A stretch of 64,000 nt of DNA from an uncultured Fibrobacterota bacterium (GTDB taxonomy: Bacteria; Fibrobacterota; Chitinivibrionia; Chitinivibrionales; FEN-1185). A model generated the notes under the pieces. The model was not told where the DNA came from. It saw only the letters and a list, made by a program, of their open reading frames with translations, and ran no database searches. The position numbers were made by a program, and so were the translations under genes. The stretch is taken from positions 64,001 through 128,000 of the forward strand of contig CAVWBU010000021.1 in NCBI GenBank assembly GCA_963753345.1, written 5' to 3'. Positions 9,698 to 18,465 of this stretch are shown one piece after another (position 1 is the first letter of the stretch; each line of letters opens with the position of its first letter).

Positions 9698-10342
9698 TCA
9701 GAACCCAAAGCCCAACATTCCCTTAAAGAAGATAAACCCTCCGAGCGCCACGAGGATCACCCCGCTCACGATATTCACAACAACCGGGAATTTCCCGATC
9801 TTCCTGAACCGCGTTCTGAAGAAATGCGATGCATAGCCTGCAACGAGCATGGGAAGGGCGAACCCGAGAGAATACACAAACAGCAGAAAGATGCCCGTTG
9901 CGACTTTGCCCTGGACGGCCACCATGGCGAGAACGCTTGACAAGATAGGACCAACGCATGGGATCCAGACCACGCCGAGGACAAGGCCGAGAAGAAACCC
10001 GCCGAACCTGCCCCCGTTCTTTCCGGCCAGGTTCGACACAAAGCTCAGGTGCTCGAAAAGGTTGACATTGAACATGAGCAACAGCCCCATCAATGCGATA
10101 ATGATTGCCGCGGTTTTTTCCACAACCACCGTTTTTCCTGCGAACACCGAGCCGAAGAGCGACGACACCACCCCCATGGCCATGAATGTTATGGCCAGCC
10201 CCGACACCACGAACACCGGCCGCATCCTGTGGTCGTCCGCCGATCCCGCCACGACGATCGGCACCACGGGCAGCACGCACGGCGACAGGACGCTGGCCAC
10301 GCCGGCGCCGAAAACGAGCGCGATGTTGAGGTTCCCGCTCAT
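9698..10342 (-). CDS. ccdA: CcdA/DsbD-beta transmembrane disulfide reductant carrier
   Basis: SVLSPCVLPVVP and WIPCVGPIL motifs, 6 TM segments. Confidence 0.88.
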   Translation of the reverse strand: MSGNLNIALVFGAGVASVLSPCVLPVVPIVVAGSADDHRMRPVFVVSGLAITFMAMGVVSSLFGSVFAGKTVVVEKTAAIIIALMGLLLMFNVNLFEHLSFVSNLAGKNGGRFGGFLLGLVLGVVWIPCVGPILSSVLAMVAVQGKVATGIFLLFVYSLGFALPMLVAGYASHFFRTRFRKIGKFPVVVNIVSGVILVALGGFIFFKGMLGFGF

Positions 10343-10773
10343 TTCGTCTTTCCGCTTAATGCCGCGAGAATGTTGTCAGCGCTCTGGATTCCCGGCGTGA
10401 ACCGTTTCAACTCTTTTCCGTCTTTGTCAACAATAATCAGGGAAGGCAGGCCGCGTATGCCGTACGTTTCAAAAGCGTCCTGGTCCTTTGGCTCGGTCGT
10501 TTTGATATAGGTTATCGTGGCAAGGGTTGCGAGTGAGTCCTTGATTTCTCCAAGAATCGCGTTCTGCATCTGGCAAGGATGGCCGTTTGGGTTCATAAAG
10601 AAAAGAATTTTTTTTGCAGGGAGTTGTTTTCCCGTTTTCGCCAGGGTGGTGGCATCCTTTTTGGTTTGATCATGATCCGTGCTTTTGTTTGCCGCTATAG
10701 CGCCCTGTTCGGCAAATACAAATAGACCTGCTGCCAGTATTGTAGCCAATGCGATTCTGAAATGTTTATTCAT
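10339..10773 (-). CDS. Exported thioredoxin-fold protein with single-Cys GxxC site
   Basis: Signal peptide; FFMNPNGHPCQ; YGIRGLPSLIIVDKDGKE cis-Pro region. Confidence 0.75.
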   Translation of the reverse strand: MNKHFRIALATILAAGLFVFAEQGAIAANKSTDHDQTKKDATTLAKTGKQLPAKKILFFMNPNGHPCQMQNAILGEIKDSLATLATITYIKTTEPKDQDAFETYGIRGLPSLIIVDKDGKELKRFTPGIQSADNILAALSGKTK

Positions 10774-10806
10774 GAAAATCCTCCCGAATAGTATTTGTAT
10801 TACAGT

Positions 10807-10989
10807 TCACTCGCCCCGGATCGCACCCATCGGGCATGTTTCTATGCATTTTCCGCACTCAATGCATTTGTCTTTGTCAACTACCGGTGCTTTGAAACCC
10901 TCCTGAACGAGCGCGCCCGTGGGACATACCCGAGCCGCCGGGCAGGGATGGTTTTGCGGGCATTGGCGCGAGACGACTGTTACGGACAT
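10807..10989 (-). CDS. Small 4Fe-4S ferredoxin
   Basis: CPQNHPCPAARVCP and CIECGKCIETCP; start MSVTVV at 10989. Confidence 0.88.
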   Translation of the reverse strand: MSVTVVSRQCPQNHPCPAARVCPTGALVQEGFKAPVVDKDKCIECGKCIETCPMGAIRGE

Positions 10990-11006
10990 GCTTTGCCTCC
11001 CTGCAA

Positions 11007-11171
11007 CTAAGTGCCGAAACCGGAAAGCAATGCACCAATTATCGCGCCGTACAGCGTGCTTACAAAGCGGTTGCCCGTTATCGGGCACGTGCCTGAAGCG
11101 CACCCTATGAATCTATAATATGCGAAACCGAACGCCGCTCCAACAACTATTCCAATGACAAGTTTGATCAT
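11007..11171 (-). CDS. Small membrane protein, DUF6132-like
   Basis: MIKLVIG...YYRFIGCASGTCPIT...LYGAIIG, 54 aa. Confidence 0.8.
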   Translation of the reverse strand: MIKLVIGIVVGAAFGFAYYRFIGCASGTCPITGNRFVSTLYGAIIGALLSGFGT

Positions 11172-11253
11172 TTTCCTTCTCCGTAATGACAACCTTTTGA
11201 AAACCGATAGCGGATTCATGATTGTTGGTTCTCTCTTTGGTGACTTTTCCTTT

Positions 11254-11267
11254 GCGCCGACCGGCGC
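11254..11267 (-). promoter_or_regulatory. Candidate bacterial SECIS hairpin
   Basis: GCGCC-GGUC-GGCGC stem-loop with G-first loop, starting 14 nt after the in-frame UGA at 11282-11284. Confidence 0.6.
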
Positions 11268-11272
11268 TGCCA

Positions 11273-11455
11273 TTATGCCGCTCATGTGAACCCCGGCTTT
11301 CCGCATGAGGAACCCGAACTCGCGCATGCGGAGATCTTGCGTTCCACGTCGTGCGATCCGCACCAGGGACACGCAGGAGCCTCCTGCGCGGAAAGGGGCA
11401 CCAGTTCCTCGTACTCCTTACCGCACGTTCTGCATCTGTACTCGTACATCGGCAT
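11273..11455 (-). CDS. FmdB-family zinc-ribbon protein, probable selenoprotein (C-terminal GFT-U-AA)
   Basis: Manual translation (not in ORF track): MPMYEYRCRTCGKEYEELV...CPWCGS...SSCGKPGFT-TGA-GCG-GCA-TAA, with a SECIS-like hairpin downstream. Ends at 11282 if the UGA is a stop. Confidence 0.8.
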
Positions 11456-11549
11456 GATCAATTCTTCCCTATAGGTTATGATATTTAGGTTCGGATTCCT
11501 GCACTACCGGCGGGGCGCGGCCTATGCCGCGCCTGCGGTATTATGGCAG

Positions 11550-11762
11550 TCAGTTTTTCGCCTGTCCTTTGTTGGTGGCAAGTCCGAACAGCGCATACAG
11601 CGCGCAAAAACCCACTGCGCCCGTAAGGAACACAATCCCCGCAACAGCTCCCACCGCGATTGCGGCTGCTCCGGTAACGATTTTGAGCGGTATCAACGCC
11701 GCGATTAGAAGCCCGAGAACGACCCTGATGATCCTGTCTGCTGCCGATTCGTTGGTTCTCAT
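11550..11762 (-). CDS. DUF2892 (YgaP-like) small membrane protein
   Basis: MRTNESAADRIIRVVLG...TGAVGFCALYALFGLAT. Confidence 0.88.
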   Translation of the reverse strand: MRTNESAADRIIRVVLGLLIAALIPLKIVTGAAAIAVGAVAGIVFLTGAVGFCALYALFGLATNKGQAKN

Positions 11763-11825
11763 TGTACCCTCCCTTGGTTGGTAATTGGTTAGGTTCTTCT
11801 TCTTTTCACTATTGTTCAATTCACT

Positions 11826-12140
11826 TCAAGTCACTTCAAGCGCACTAAGGTATACCGGTTCCTGCTGAACGCCCACGAGCATCTTGTCAACCGCGCCGCC
11901 CTTGAAAACAACCACCGTCGGTATGCCGGTTATTCCGTACAATCCCGCGGTCTGGGGATTCTCGTCCACGTTCAGCTTGTACACCTTTGCTTTTCCAATG
12001 GCCTTGATGCTCACCTGATCGATAATCGGACCGGCAATCTTGCAGGGGCCGCACCATGGTGCCCAGAAGTCGACAAGAACAGGGACCGTGGAATCCAGAA
12101 CATCCTGTTTGAAGTTCTGATCGGTTGTTTCAAGGGCCAT
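11826..12140 (-). CDS. trxA: Thioredoxin
   Basis: VLVDFWAPWCGPCK, KLNVDENP, GIPT. Confidence 0.95.
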   Translation of the reverse strand: MALETTDQNFKQDVLDSTVPVLVDFWAPWCGPCKIAGPIIDQVSIKAIGKAKVYKLNVDENPQTAGLYGITGIPTVVVFKGGAVDKMLVGVQQEPVYLSALEVT

Positions 12141-12188
12141 TTGATCCTCCTTTATGTTCCTGCTTTAATTGGTTCCTGTCGAGAAGAA

Positions 12189-12206
12189 TTGCAACGTGCG
12201 TGCCAG
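12189..12206 (-). promoter_or_regulatory. Sigma54 (-24/-12) promoter of the trxA operon
   Basis: Minus strand CTGGCACGCACGTTGCAA matches TGGCACG-N4-TTGCW, ~50 nt upstream of trxA and next to a GAFTGA activator gene. Confidence 0.85.
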
Positions 12207-12357
12207 TTTTGGAAAGGCATTATCAAAGTAAGTTTAATGATTCACAACATACTGATTATTAGTCAATTATGGGTTTCAATCAAGTAGCTCGCAAGATGTC
12301 CTTGACATTAATTATTGCCCGAAGCTACTTTCTTTTGTTGCAAACGTTTCAAGCCGA

Positions 12358-12371
12358 CGTTGCGTGCAACG
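12358..12371. promoter_or_regulatory. Candidate enhancer (UAS) palindrome for the sigma54 activator
   Basis: CGTTGC-GT-GCAACG inverted repeat ~150 nt upstream of the sigma54 site; related TGTTGCAAAC nearby. Confidence 0.45.
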
Positions 12372-12408
12372 CTTGCAAGGCTTTCTGCAACAAAAGAAGG
12401 GAATTACC

Positions 12409-13803
12409 ATGGTCTGTTTTGACCCTGAAAAAGGTTTGGCCAAGGAATGTTTTGAAACCATTCTTCAAACCATCGCCGAAGGAATCTTTATAATTGACAC
12501 TTCGGGAGTCATCAAGTTTTGCAATCGGGGCCTCGAAAGCATGACGGGGCTGCCAGCCGAGACAATCACCGGCAAACGATGCCGCGACATCATGGTATGT
12601 GCCTGCGGGTCGATGAATGAGTGCAGTCTGCTCTCCGGCGCTTCTGCCAGCAATCTCGAATGTCAATTGATGCGCGCCGACGGGACAAGGGTGCCGGTGC
12701 TCAAGAACGGCAGGCCTATGAAATCGGCCCATGGCGATATCATCGGCGCTGTGGAGACCCTCACCGACATTTCGGCACTCAGGCAGGCCGAGCGAAAAAG
12801 CGCGGCGCTCGAGGAGACTATCGAACGAGAAGGAGGGAAGTTCCATCTGCTCGTGGGAAAGAGCAGGCCCATGCAGGACGTGTTCGAGCTTATCGAGCTT
12901 GCCGCCGCGTCAAGCGCGACCGTGCTTATCACCGGCGAAACCGGCACGGGCAAGGAGCTTGCCGCGCGCACCATCCACGAGCGCAGCGGCCGGAAAAACG
13001 GCCCACTGGTGAAGGTCAACTGCTCGGCCCTCACTGAATCGCTCCTCGAAAGCGAGCTGTTTGGCCACGCAAAAGGTGCCTTTACCGGTGCAATCCACGA
13101 TAAGATCGGCCGCTTCGAGCTCGCTGATGGAGGCTCCCTGTTCCTTGACGAGATCGGCGACGTGTCGCCGTACATCCAGGTCAAGCTCCTTCGGTTCCTG
13201 CAGGAGCGCGAATTCGAGCGGGTCGGGGAGAGTGAGGTGCGCAAGGCTGACGTGCGCATCATTGCCGCGACAAACAGGGATCTGCGCGACCTGGCGAGAA
13301 ACGGAGATTTTCGCGAAGACCTGTACTACCGGCTCAAGGTTTTTCCTGTGCACATGCCGCCGCTGCGCGACCGCAAGGAGGACATCGGGCTCCTTATTGA
13401 CCATTTTATTGACAAATTCAACAAACAAACCGGTAAAAAGATTGACGGCCTCTCCTCGGATGCCGCACTCACCATGATGGACTACTGTTGGCCGGGAAAT
13501 ATCCGGGAGCTTGAAAACGCCATTGAGCACGCCTTTGTCACCTGCCGCGAAAAGGAAATCGGCATTTTCGATCTGCCTTTGGAGATCCGTCACGTGGAAC
13601 TAAGGTCGACAATATGCCTTCCAAGGGAAATGCACGCTTCTCCAGAGGAATCGACGAAAGGCAAAAAAAGGGAAATCACAAAGGGTTTATTGGTTGAGGT
13701 ATTAGAAGAAAATAAAGGCAACCGGCTGGCAGTTTCCAGGGCGCTTGGCATTGACCGCACTACATTGTGGAGGTATATGAAACGCTGGGGAGTTAAAGGC
13801 TGA
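12409..13803 (+). CDS. PAS-domain sigma54-dependent transcriptional activator
   Basis: GETGTGKE, ESELFGHAKGAFTGA, LFLDEIGD, WPGNIRELEN, Fis-type HTH; Cys-rich PAS; start MVCFD at 12409. Confidence 0.95.
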   Translation: MVCFDPEKGLAKECFETILQTIAEGIFIIDTSGVIKFCNRGLESMTGLPAETITGKRCRDIMVCACGSMNECSLLSGASASNLECQLMRADGTRVPVLKNGRPMKSAHGDIIGAVETLTDISALRQAERKSAALEETIEREGGKFHLLVGKSRPMQDVFELIELAAASSATVLITGETGTGKELAARTIHERSGRKNGPLVKVNCSALTESLLESELFGHAKGAFTGAIHDKIGRFELADGGSLFLDEIGDVSPYIQVKLLRFLQEREFERVGESEVRKADVRIIAATNRDLRDLARNGDFREDLYYRLKVFPVHMPPLRDRKEDIGLLIDHFIDKFNKQTGKKIDGLSSDAALTMMDYCWPGNIRELENAIEHAFVTCREKEIGIFDLPLEIRHVELRSTICLPREMHASPEESTKGKKREITKGLLVEVLEENKGNRLAVSRALGIDRTTLWRYMKRWGVKG

Positions 13804-14045
13804 TACCCAAAAAAAGAAGCGGCAATCCACCATTTTGCTATATTATACTCATGATGAGAAACAAGATTACATCGGACCATATTGGTATCGCCGCGGTTGG
13901 AAAACCCGACGGCGGGTGTTGTAGAAGACGTGCACTCTGTTACCGCATCCTGTGCAGCCGGGGAAATAGCTGCAAATTGCATACGAAAAGAAGATTGATA
14001 AAGTGGAATTCATATTCATCGCACCTCAAAGAACGTGAGGGTCAC

Positions 14046-16115
14046 ATGAAAAAGTTCTTGGCATGGCTTGCGGTAGGCGGTGGTTTGCTGGTGTTATGTT
14101 CGCATACGGTAAGCGCTCAATGGGTGCAGACAAATGGACCGCAGGGTGGGAATATTCGCGCTCTTGCCGTGAGCGGCAGCAACATCTTTGCCGGGACTGA
14201 TGGCGGCGTTTTTCTCTCCACCAATAACGGGACAAGCTGGACTGCGGTCAATGCCGGCCTGCCTCTGAATCCCCAGATCCAATCTCTTGCCGTGAGCGGC
14301 GGCAGCATCTTTGCCGGGACTAGCGGCGGTGTTTATCTCTCCACCAATAGCGGGACAAGCTGGACTGCGATCGACTCCGGCCTCACGGTCACTCGTGTCT
14401 TAGCTTTTGCCGTGAGCGGCAGCAGCATCTTTGCCGGGACTGGTGGTGGTGTTTTTCTCTCCACCAATAGCGGGACAAGCTGGACTGCGGTCGACTCGGG
14501 CCTCACGGATATGCAAGTCCAGGCACTTGCCGTGAGCGGCAACAATATCTTTGCCGGGACTTCAACCGGTATTTTTCTCTCCACCAATAGCGGGACAACC
14601 TGGACTGCGGTCGACTCCGGCCTGCCTCAGAATTCTTTTGTCTATTCTCTTGCCGTGAGCGGCAGCAACATTTTCGCCGGGACCAATAATGGCGTCTTTC
14701 TGTCCATAAATAAAGGAGCAAGCTGGACTGCGGTCAGCTCCGGCCTGTCTGATTCTACTCTCCATTCTTTTGCCGTGAGCGGCAGCAACATCTTTGCCGG
14801 GACTCCAACCGGCATTTTTCTCTCCACCAATAACGGGACAAGCTGGACTGCGGTCAACTCCGGCCTCACGAGTACTGATGTCTTGTCTCTTGCCGTGAGC
14901 GGCAGCAGCATCTTTGCCGGCACTAATGGCAGGGGGGTTTTCCTCTCCGCCAATAGCGGGACAAGCTGGACCGCGGTCAACTCCGGCCTCACGAGTACTG
15001 ATGTCTTTTCTCTTGCCGTGAGCGGCAGCAGCATCTTTGCCGGGACTGATGAAGGGGGTGTTTTCCTCTCCGCCAACAGCGGGACAAGCTGGACTGCGGT
15101 CAACTCCGGCCTCACGAGTACCATGGTCATGGCTCTTTTCGTGAGCGGCGGCAGCATCTTTGCCGGGACTGATGGTGGTGTTTTTCTCTCCACAAACGGC
15201 GGGACAAGCTGGACTGCGGTCAACTCCGGCCTGCCTGCGAATACGGGGTTCAGTTGTCTTGCGGTGAACGGCAGCAACATATTTGCCGGGACTAATTATT
15301 ATGGTGTTTTTCTTTCCACCAACAGCGGGACAAGCTGGACTGCGGTCAACTCCGGCCTGCCTGAGAATACTAATGTCATGTCTCTTGCCGTGAGCGGCAG
15401 CAACATCTTTGCCGGAACTCCCTATGGTATTTTTCTCTCCGCCAATAACGGGACAAGCTGGACTGAGGTCGACTCCACGATTACCGATGTCATGTCTCTT
15501 GTTGTGAGCGGCAGCAGCATCTTTGCAGGGACCGGCGTTGGTGTTTTTCTCTCAACCAATAACGGAACAACCTGGACTGAGGTCGACTCCGGCCTCACGG
15601 ATCACTATACCCAGTGTCTTGCCGTAAGCGGCAGTAACATATTTAGCGGGAGTGATTATGGTGTTTTTCTCTCCACCAACAGCGGGACAACCTGGACTGA
15701 GGTCGACTCCGGCCTCATGATTACTGATGTCGCGTCTCTTGTCGTGAGCGGCGGCAACATCTTTGCCGGGACTTGGGGTGGCGGGGTTTGGAGCAGTCCT
15801 CTTTCAGAATTGATAGGAGCAATCAAGCCTTTTTTGCAGGGAGTGAAGGTATATCCAGTTAATTTTGACATCCGCTCCCCGAGCCGCACCAACCCTAACG
15901 CAACCATTGAATTCTCTCTTTCTCATTCAGATCAGGTGTCGGTGAAGGTTTATACTCTGTCCGGCCGTGAAATAGCTACGCTTGTCAATAGGAAACTTGG
16001 GGCCGGTTCGTACAGTTTGCCCTGGGATACCCGGAACATGGCCACAGGTTGTTATTTAGTGAGAATGCAAGCAGGATCGAATGCTTATATGAAGAGCATT
16101 CCGATTTTCCGATAA
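14046..16115 (+). CDS. Secreted 14-blade Asp-box-like beta-propeller protein with Por/T9SS-like C-terminal domain
   Basis: Signal peptide; 14 repeats of SLAVSGSxIFAGTxxGVFLSTNxGTSW; C-terminal VYTLSGREIATLV...GCYLVRM. Confidence 0.88.
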   Translation: MKKFLAWLAVGGGLLVLCSHTVSAQWVQTNGPQGGNIRALAVSGSNIFAGTDGGVFLSTNNGTSWTAVNAGLPLNPQIQSLAVSGGSIFAGTSGGVYLSTNSGTSWTAIDSGLTVTRVLAFAVSGSSIFAGTGGGVFLSTNSGTSWTAVDSGLTDMQVQALAVSGNNIFAGTSTGIFLSTNSGTTWTAVDSGLPQNSFVYSLAVSGSNIFAGTNNGVFLSINKGASWTAVSSGLSDSTLHSFAVSGSNIFAGTPTGIFLSTNNGTSWTAVNSGLTSTDVLSLAVSGSSIFAGTNGRGVFLSANSGTSWTAVNSGLTSTDVFSLAVSGSSIFAGTDEGGVFLSANSGTSWTAVNSGLTSTMVMALFVSGGSIFAGTDGGVFLSTNGGTSWTAVNSGLPANTGFSCLAVNGSNIFAGTNYYGVFLSTNSGTSWTAVNSGLPENTNVMSLAVSGSNIFAGTPYGIFLSANNGTSWTEVDSTITDVMSLVVSGSSIFAGTGVGVFLSTNNGTTWTEVDSGLTDHYTQCLAVSGSNIFSGSDYGVFLSTNSGTTWTEVDSGLMITDVASLVVSGGNIFAGTWGGGVWSSPLSELIGAIKPFLQGVKVYPVNFDIRSPSRTNPNATIEFSLSHSDQVSVKVYTLSGREIATLVNRKLGAGSYSLPWDTRNMATGCYLVRMQAGSNAYMKSIPIFR
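14160..15790 (+). repeat. Intragenic tandem repeat, ~14 units of ~120-126 nt
   Basis: Recurrent tcttgccgtgagcggcagcaacatctttgccgggact and gggacaagctggactgcggtcaactccggcct. Confidence 0.95.
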
Positions 16116-16364
16116 ATCGCTGTTCGCAGGATCCCCGGTAAAGAGCGGATGGAAAGACTTGGAAAATTGGGAACGGTTACACTTTTCGGCAGCTGTAAAC
16201 GTATTTTAAATTTGATTGACGAGCACAGGCTGATCGAGCAGATATTGTGCCTTGGTCTCGACCCACAAGGATCTATGCTTCTCCAGGGACGGTGCCCGGC
16301 AAAAGTGATTCCGCGGATGCAACACAAGGACAGAAACAACTCTAAAAAGTAAAGGATTCGCTCC

Positions 16365-17741
16365 ATGCCTAGCGCAAAATCGGAAATTTCGAAACTTTTT
16401 TCGTGCTGGCTGTCGCTCGTTGCGGCGGCGGTCTTCTTCACCCTCCAGCCTACTCCGGCCATTGCCAAGCTTCCCCAGCACGTTCTCCTCGTGGAGAACC
16501 ACAGCGAAGTTCTTGTGCCCTGGATCCAAACCGGAGTCAAAGGCGCGGTCGTGGTGAACGTGGACGCCCATCCCGACTGTACTCCGATCACACCGGAGCA
16601 GATCGGCAGGCTCAAGCGCCTCTTCGCAGCCGGCGATCTGTCTGCGATCAGGCGGGCGGATGGCGTCGCAGACTCGGGTCTGTACAACATAGCCGATTTC
16701 ATCACTGCTGCCTATGCCCTCGGCATCGCCCGTGAGGCAGTGTGGGCCGCGCCCCTGCCTGACGATCTGAGCAGAGTATTTACACACCTTCCGTTCCGGA
16801 CGTGGCCCATAGACTCTCTCTCCGCGCTCAGGCTCCAGGGACCTGTAATCCTCACTGTGGACGCGGACGTCGTGAACCATTTCGCCAACTACCGGTGCAT
16901 AAACCTGGTCGAGGCCGTGCGCCGGATCGCGGCAACCCTCCGGGCCCTGCCCTGGGACGTGGTGCATTTGAGCGTGACCTTCTCCTGCGACGGGGGATAT
17001 CTCCCCATAAATATCCGCTGGGTAGGGAATGCCATGGTGGAGGCGCTTGAGGGGAAGGACCTGTCCCGGCCGCAGGCGCCCTGGCTCACACTTGTCAAAG
17101 TGGAGGATTGGCGCCGCAGTCTCCTGCCAAGCGAAGTCGTCAAGCGGGTTCGGCCGCTGGTGCTCCGGCAACCGGCCAATCCATGGCTCCATGTCTACCT
17201 CAGCGAGGCCCTTTTCAGGGCCGGTGACGCACCCGGCGCCCTGGCTGAAGGCAAGAAGGCGGCGCGCCTCGACCTTGGCTGCTGCCGCATCCTGCCGGAG
17301 CTTGGCAGCCAACTGGCCAGCGCGGGCCGCCTTGACGAGGCGGAGCGTTTCCTCGCGGCGGCCCCCGCCGTGGTGAACTCCAGTGCCGAGTTCACTCTGG
17401 CCCAGTGCTTGGACCGGGCCGGAAACACGGCCAAGGCAATCGAGCACTACTCTCGGATCAGGAAGGAGGCGGCCAACTACAGCGCCGATCTGTTGATCGG
17501 ATACGGGTACGAGCGTCTCGGCGATACTGCCCGGGCGCGACAACATTACTTGAGCGCGGTCGTACTGCTCGCCAGACCCGTGAGCGAGATGGCCGGCTTC
17601 GCGGACCTTACCGAGCCTGTTGCAGCCGCCGAGCGTTTCTTTCGAACCACCGGGGACCTTGCGTCTGCGCAGGCTCTTCGCCGGGATTCCCGGCTCGTCA
17701 ACTATTTCGACAAAGACGCAGGGGGAGCCTCCGGTCGCTAG
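16365..17741 (+). CDS. Exported protein, UPF0489/arginase-like N-terminal domain plus TPR repeats
   Basis: LVENHSE, VNVDAHPD, ILTVDAD motifs; C-terminal TPR-like helices. Confidence 0.6.
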   Translation: MPSAKSEISKLFSCWLSLVAAAVFFTLQPTPAIAKLPQHVLLVENHSEVLVPWIQTGVKGAVVVNVDAHPDCTPITPEQIGRLKRLFAAGDLSAIRRADGVADSGLYNIADFITAAYALGIAREAVWAAPLPDDLSRVFTHLPFRTWPIDSLSALRLQGPVILTVDADVVNHFANYRCINLVEAVRRIAATLRALPWDVVHLSVTFSCDGGYLPINIRWVGNAMVEALEGKDLSRPQAPWLTLVKVEDWRRSLLPSEVVKRVRPLVLRQPANPWLHVYLSEALFRAGDAPGALAEGKKAARLDLGCCRILPELGSQLASAGRLDEAERFLAAAPAVVNSSAEFTLAQCLDRAGNTAKAIEHYSRIRKEAANYSADLLIGYGYERLGDTARARQHYLSAVVLLARPVSEMAGFADLTEPVAAAERFFRTTGDLASAQALRRDSRLVNYFDKDAGGASGR

Positions 17742-17832
17742 GCAGGGGTATCATTGGGCCGGAATCCGGGTGCGGCGAGGAAAAAAATCCGCGGGGAAGG
17801 CCTGCAAGGGCCGGCCCCAAAGCTTGAAAGTC

Positions 17833-18450
17833 CTACCGGAAATATTCGTACACCAGCAGTCCTGCCAGAACCAGAAACCAGACGCTTACGGCAAGTGCTC
17901 CCCATCGTGCTATTGAGCGAAAAAGCTTCCGCTCGCCGAGCAATCCGAATGCAGCTATCGGCATCAGAAAGAGCGATGTGCCGACAAAGAATGCCGCAAA
18001 AAGCGTTGCGCCTGCAGCCGGTCCGGACCCTTGAAAGGCTTTTGTCAATGCCAGGAGAAAGGGAGGGCAAATATTGATGCCCGTAAGAATTCCCAGAACC
18101 AGCGGCCGGTCTATGATTCCCGCCCAACGGCCGACATGGCAATGCTGGTCGCGCCGGTACGTTCGAAAGGCAGTGACCAGCAGAAAAACGGAGAACAGGC
18201 AGTAGCCTGCTGCGGTGATGAGTCCTTTTCCTTCAAAGTGAACCTGCCTTCCCAGAAGCCCGGCGGCCGCGCCCACAGCAAGGTAAGAAAAAAACCTGCC
18301 GGCCGAAAGTTCAAGAATTGCGAGCAGACTTTTTAGCAAGGTCCGGTCGTATTGCATCAGGTAGGGCGCATAAACCGGTCCGCACGTGGCCAGGCAGGTA
18401 GTTCCGGTCGCAAGGCCGAGAAGAAAACCTTGAAGCAAGGTTGCGGTCAT
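17833..18450 (-). CDS. DsbD_2/TauE-like membrane protein
   Basis: GFLLGLATGTTCLATCGP, GRFFSY, GILTGINICPP motifs. Confidence 0.7.
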   Translation of the reverse strand: MTATLLQGFLLGLATGTTCLATCGPVYAPYLMQYDRTLLKSLLAILELSAGRFFSYLAVGAAAGLLGRQVHFEGKGLITAAGYCLFSVFLLVTAFRTYRRDQHCHVGRWAGIIDRPLVLGILTGINICPPFLLALTKAFQGSGPAAGATLFAAFFVGTSLFLMPIAAFGLLGERKLFRSIARWGALAVSVWFLVLAGLLVYEYFR

Positions 18451-18465
18451 GGCAGAAAAGCGCAG

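Noticed and set aside
14160-15790. Regular repeats with variable spacers resembling a CRISPR array
   Set aside because: Units are in-frame coding repeats inside one long ORF; variable parts are only 6-24 nt; no cas genes
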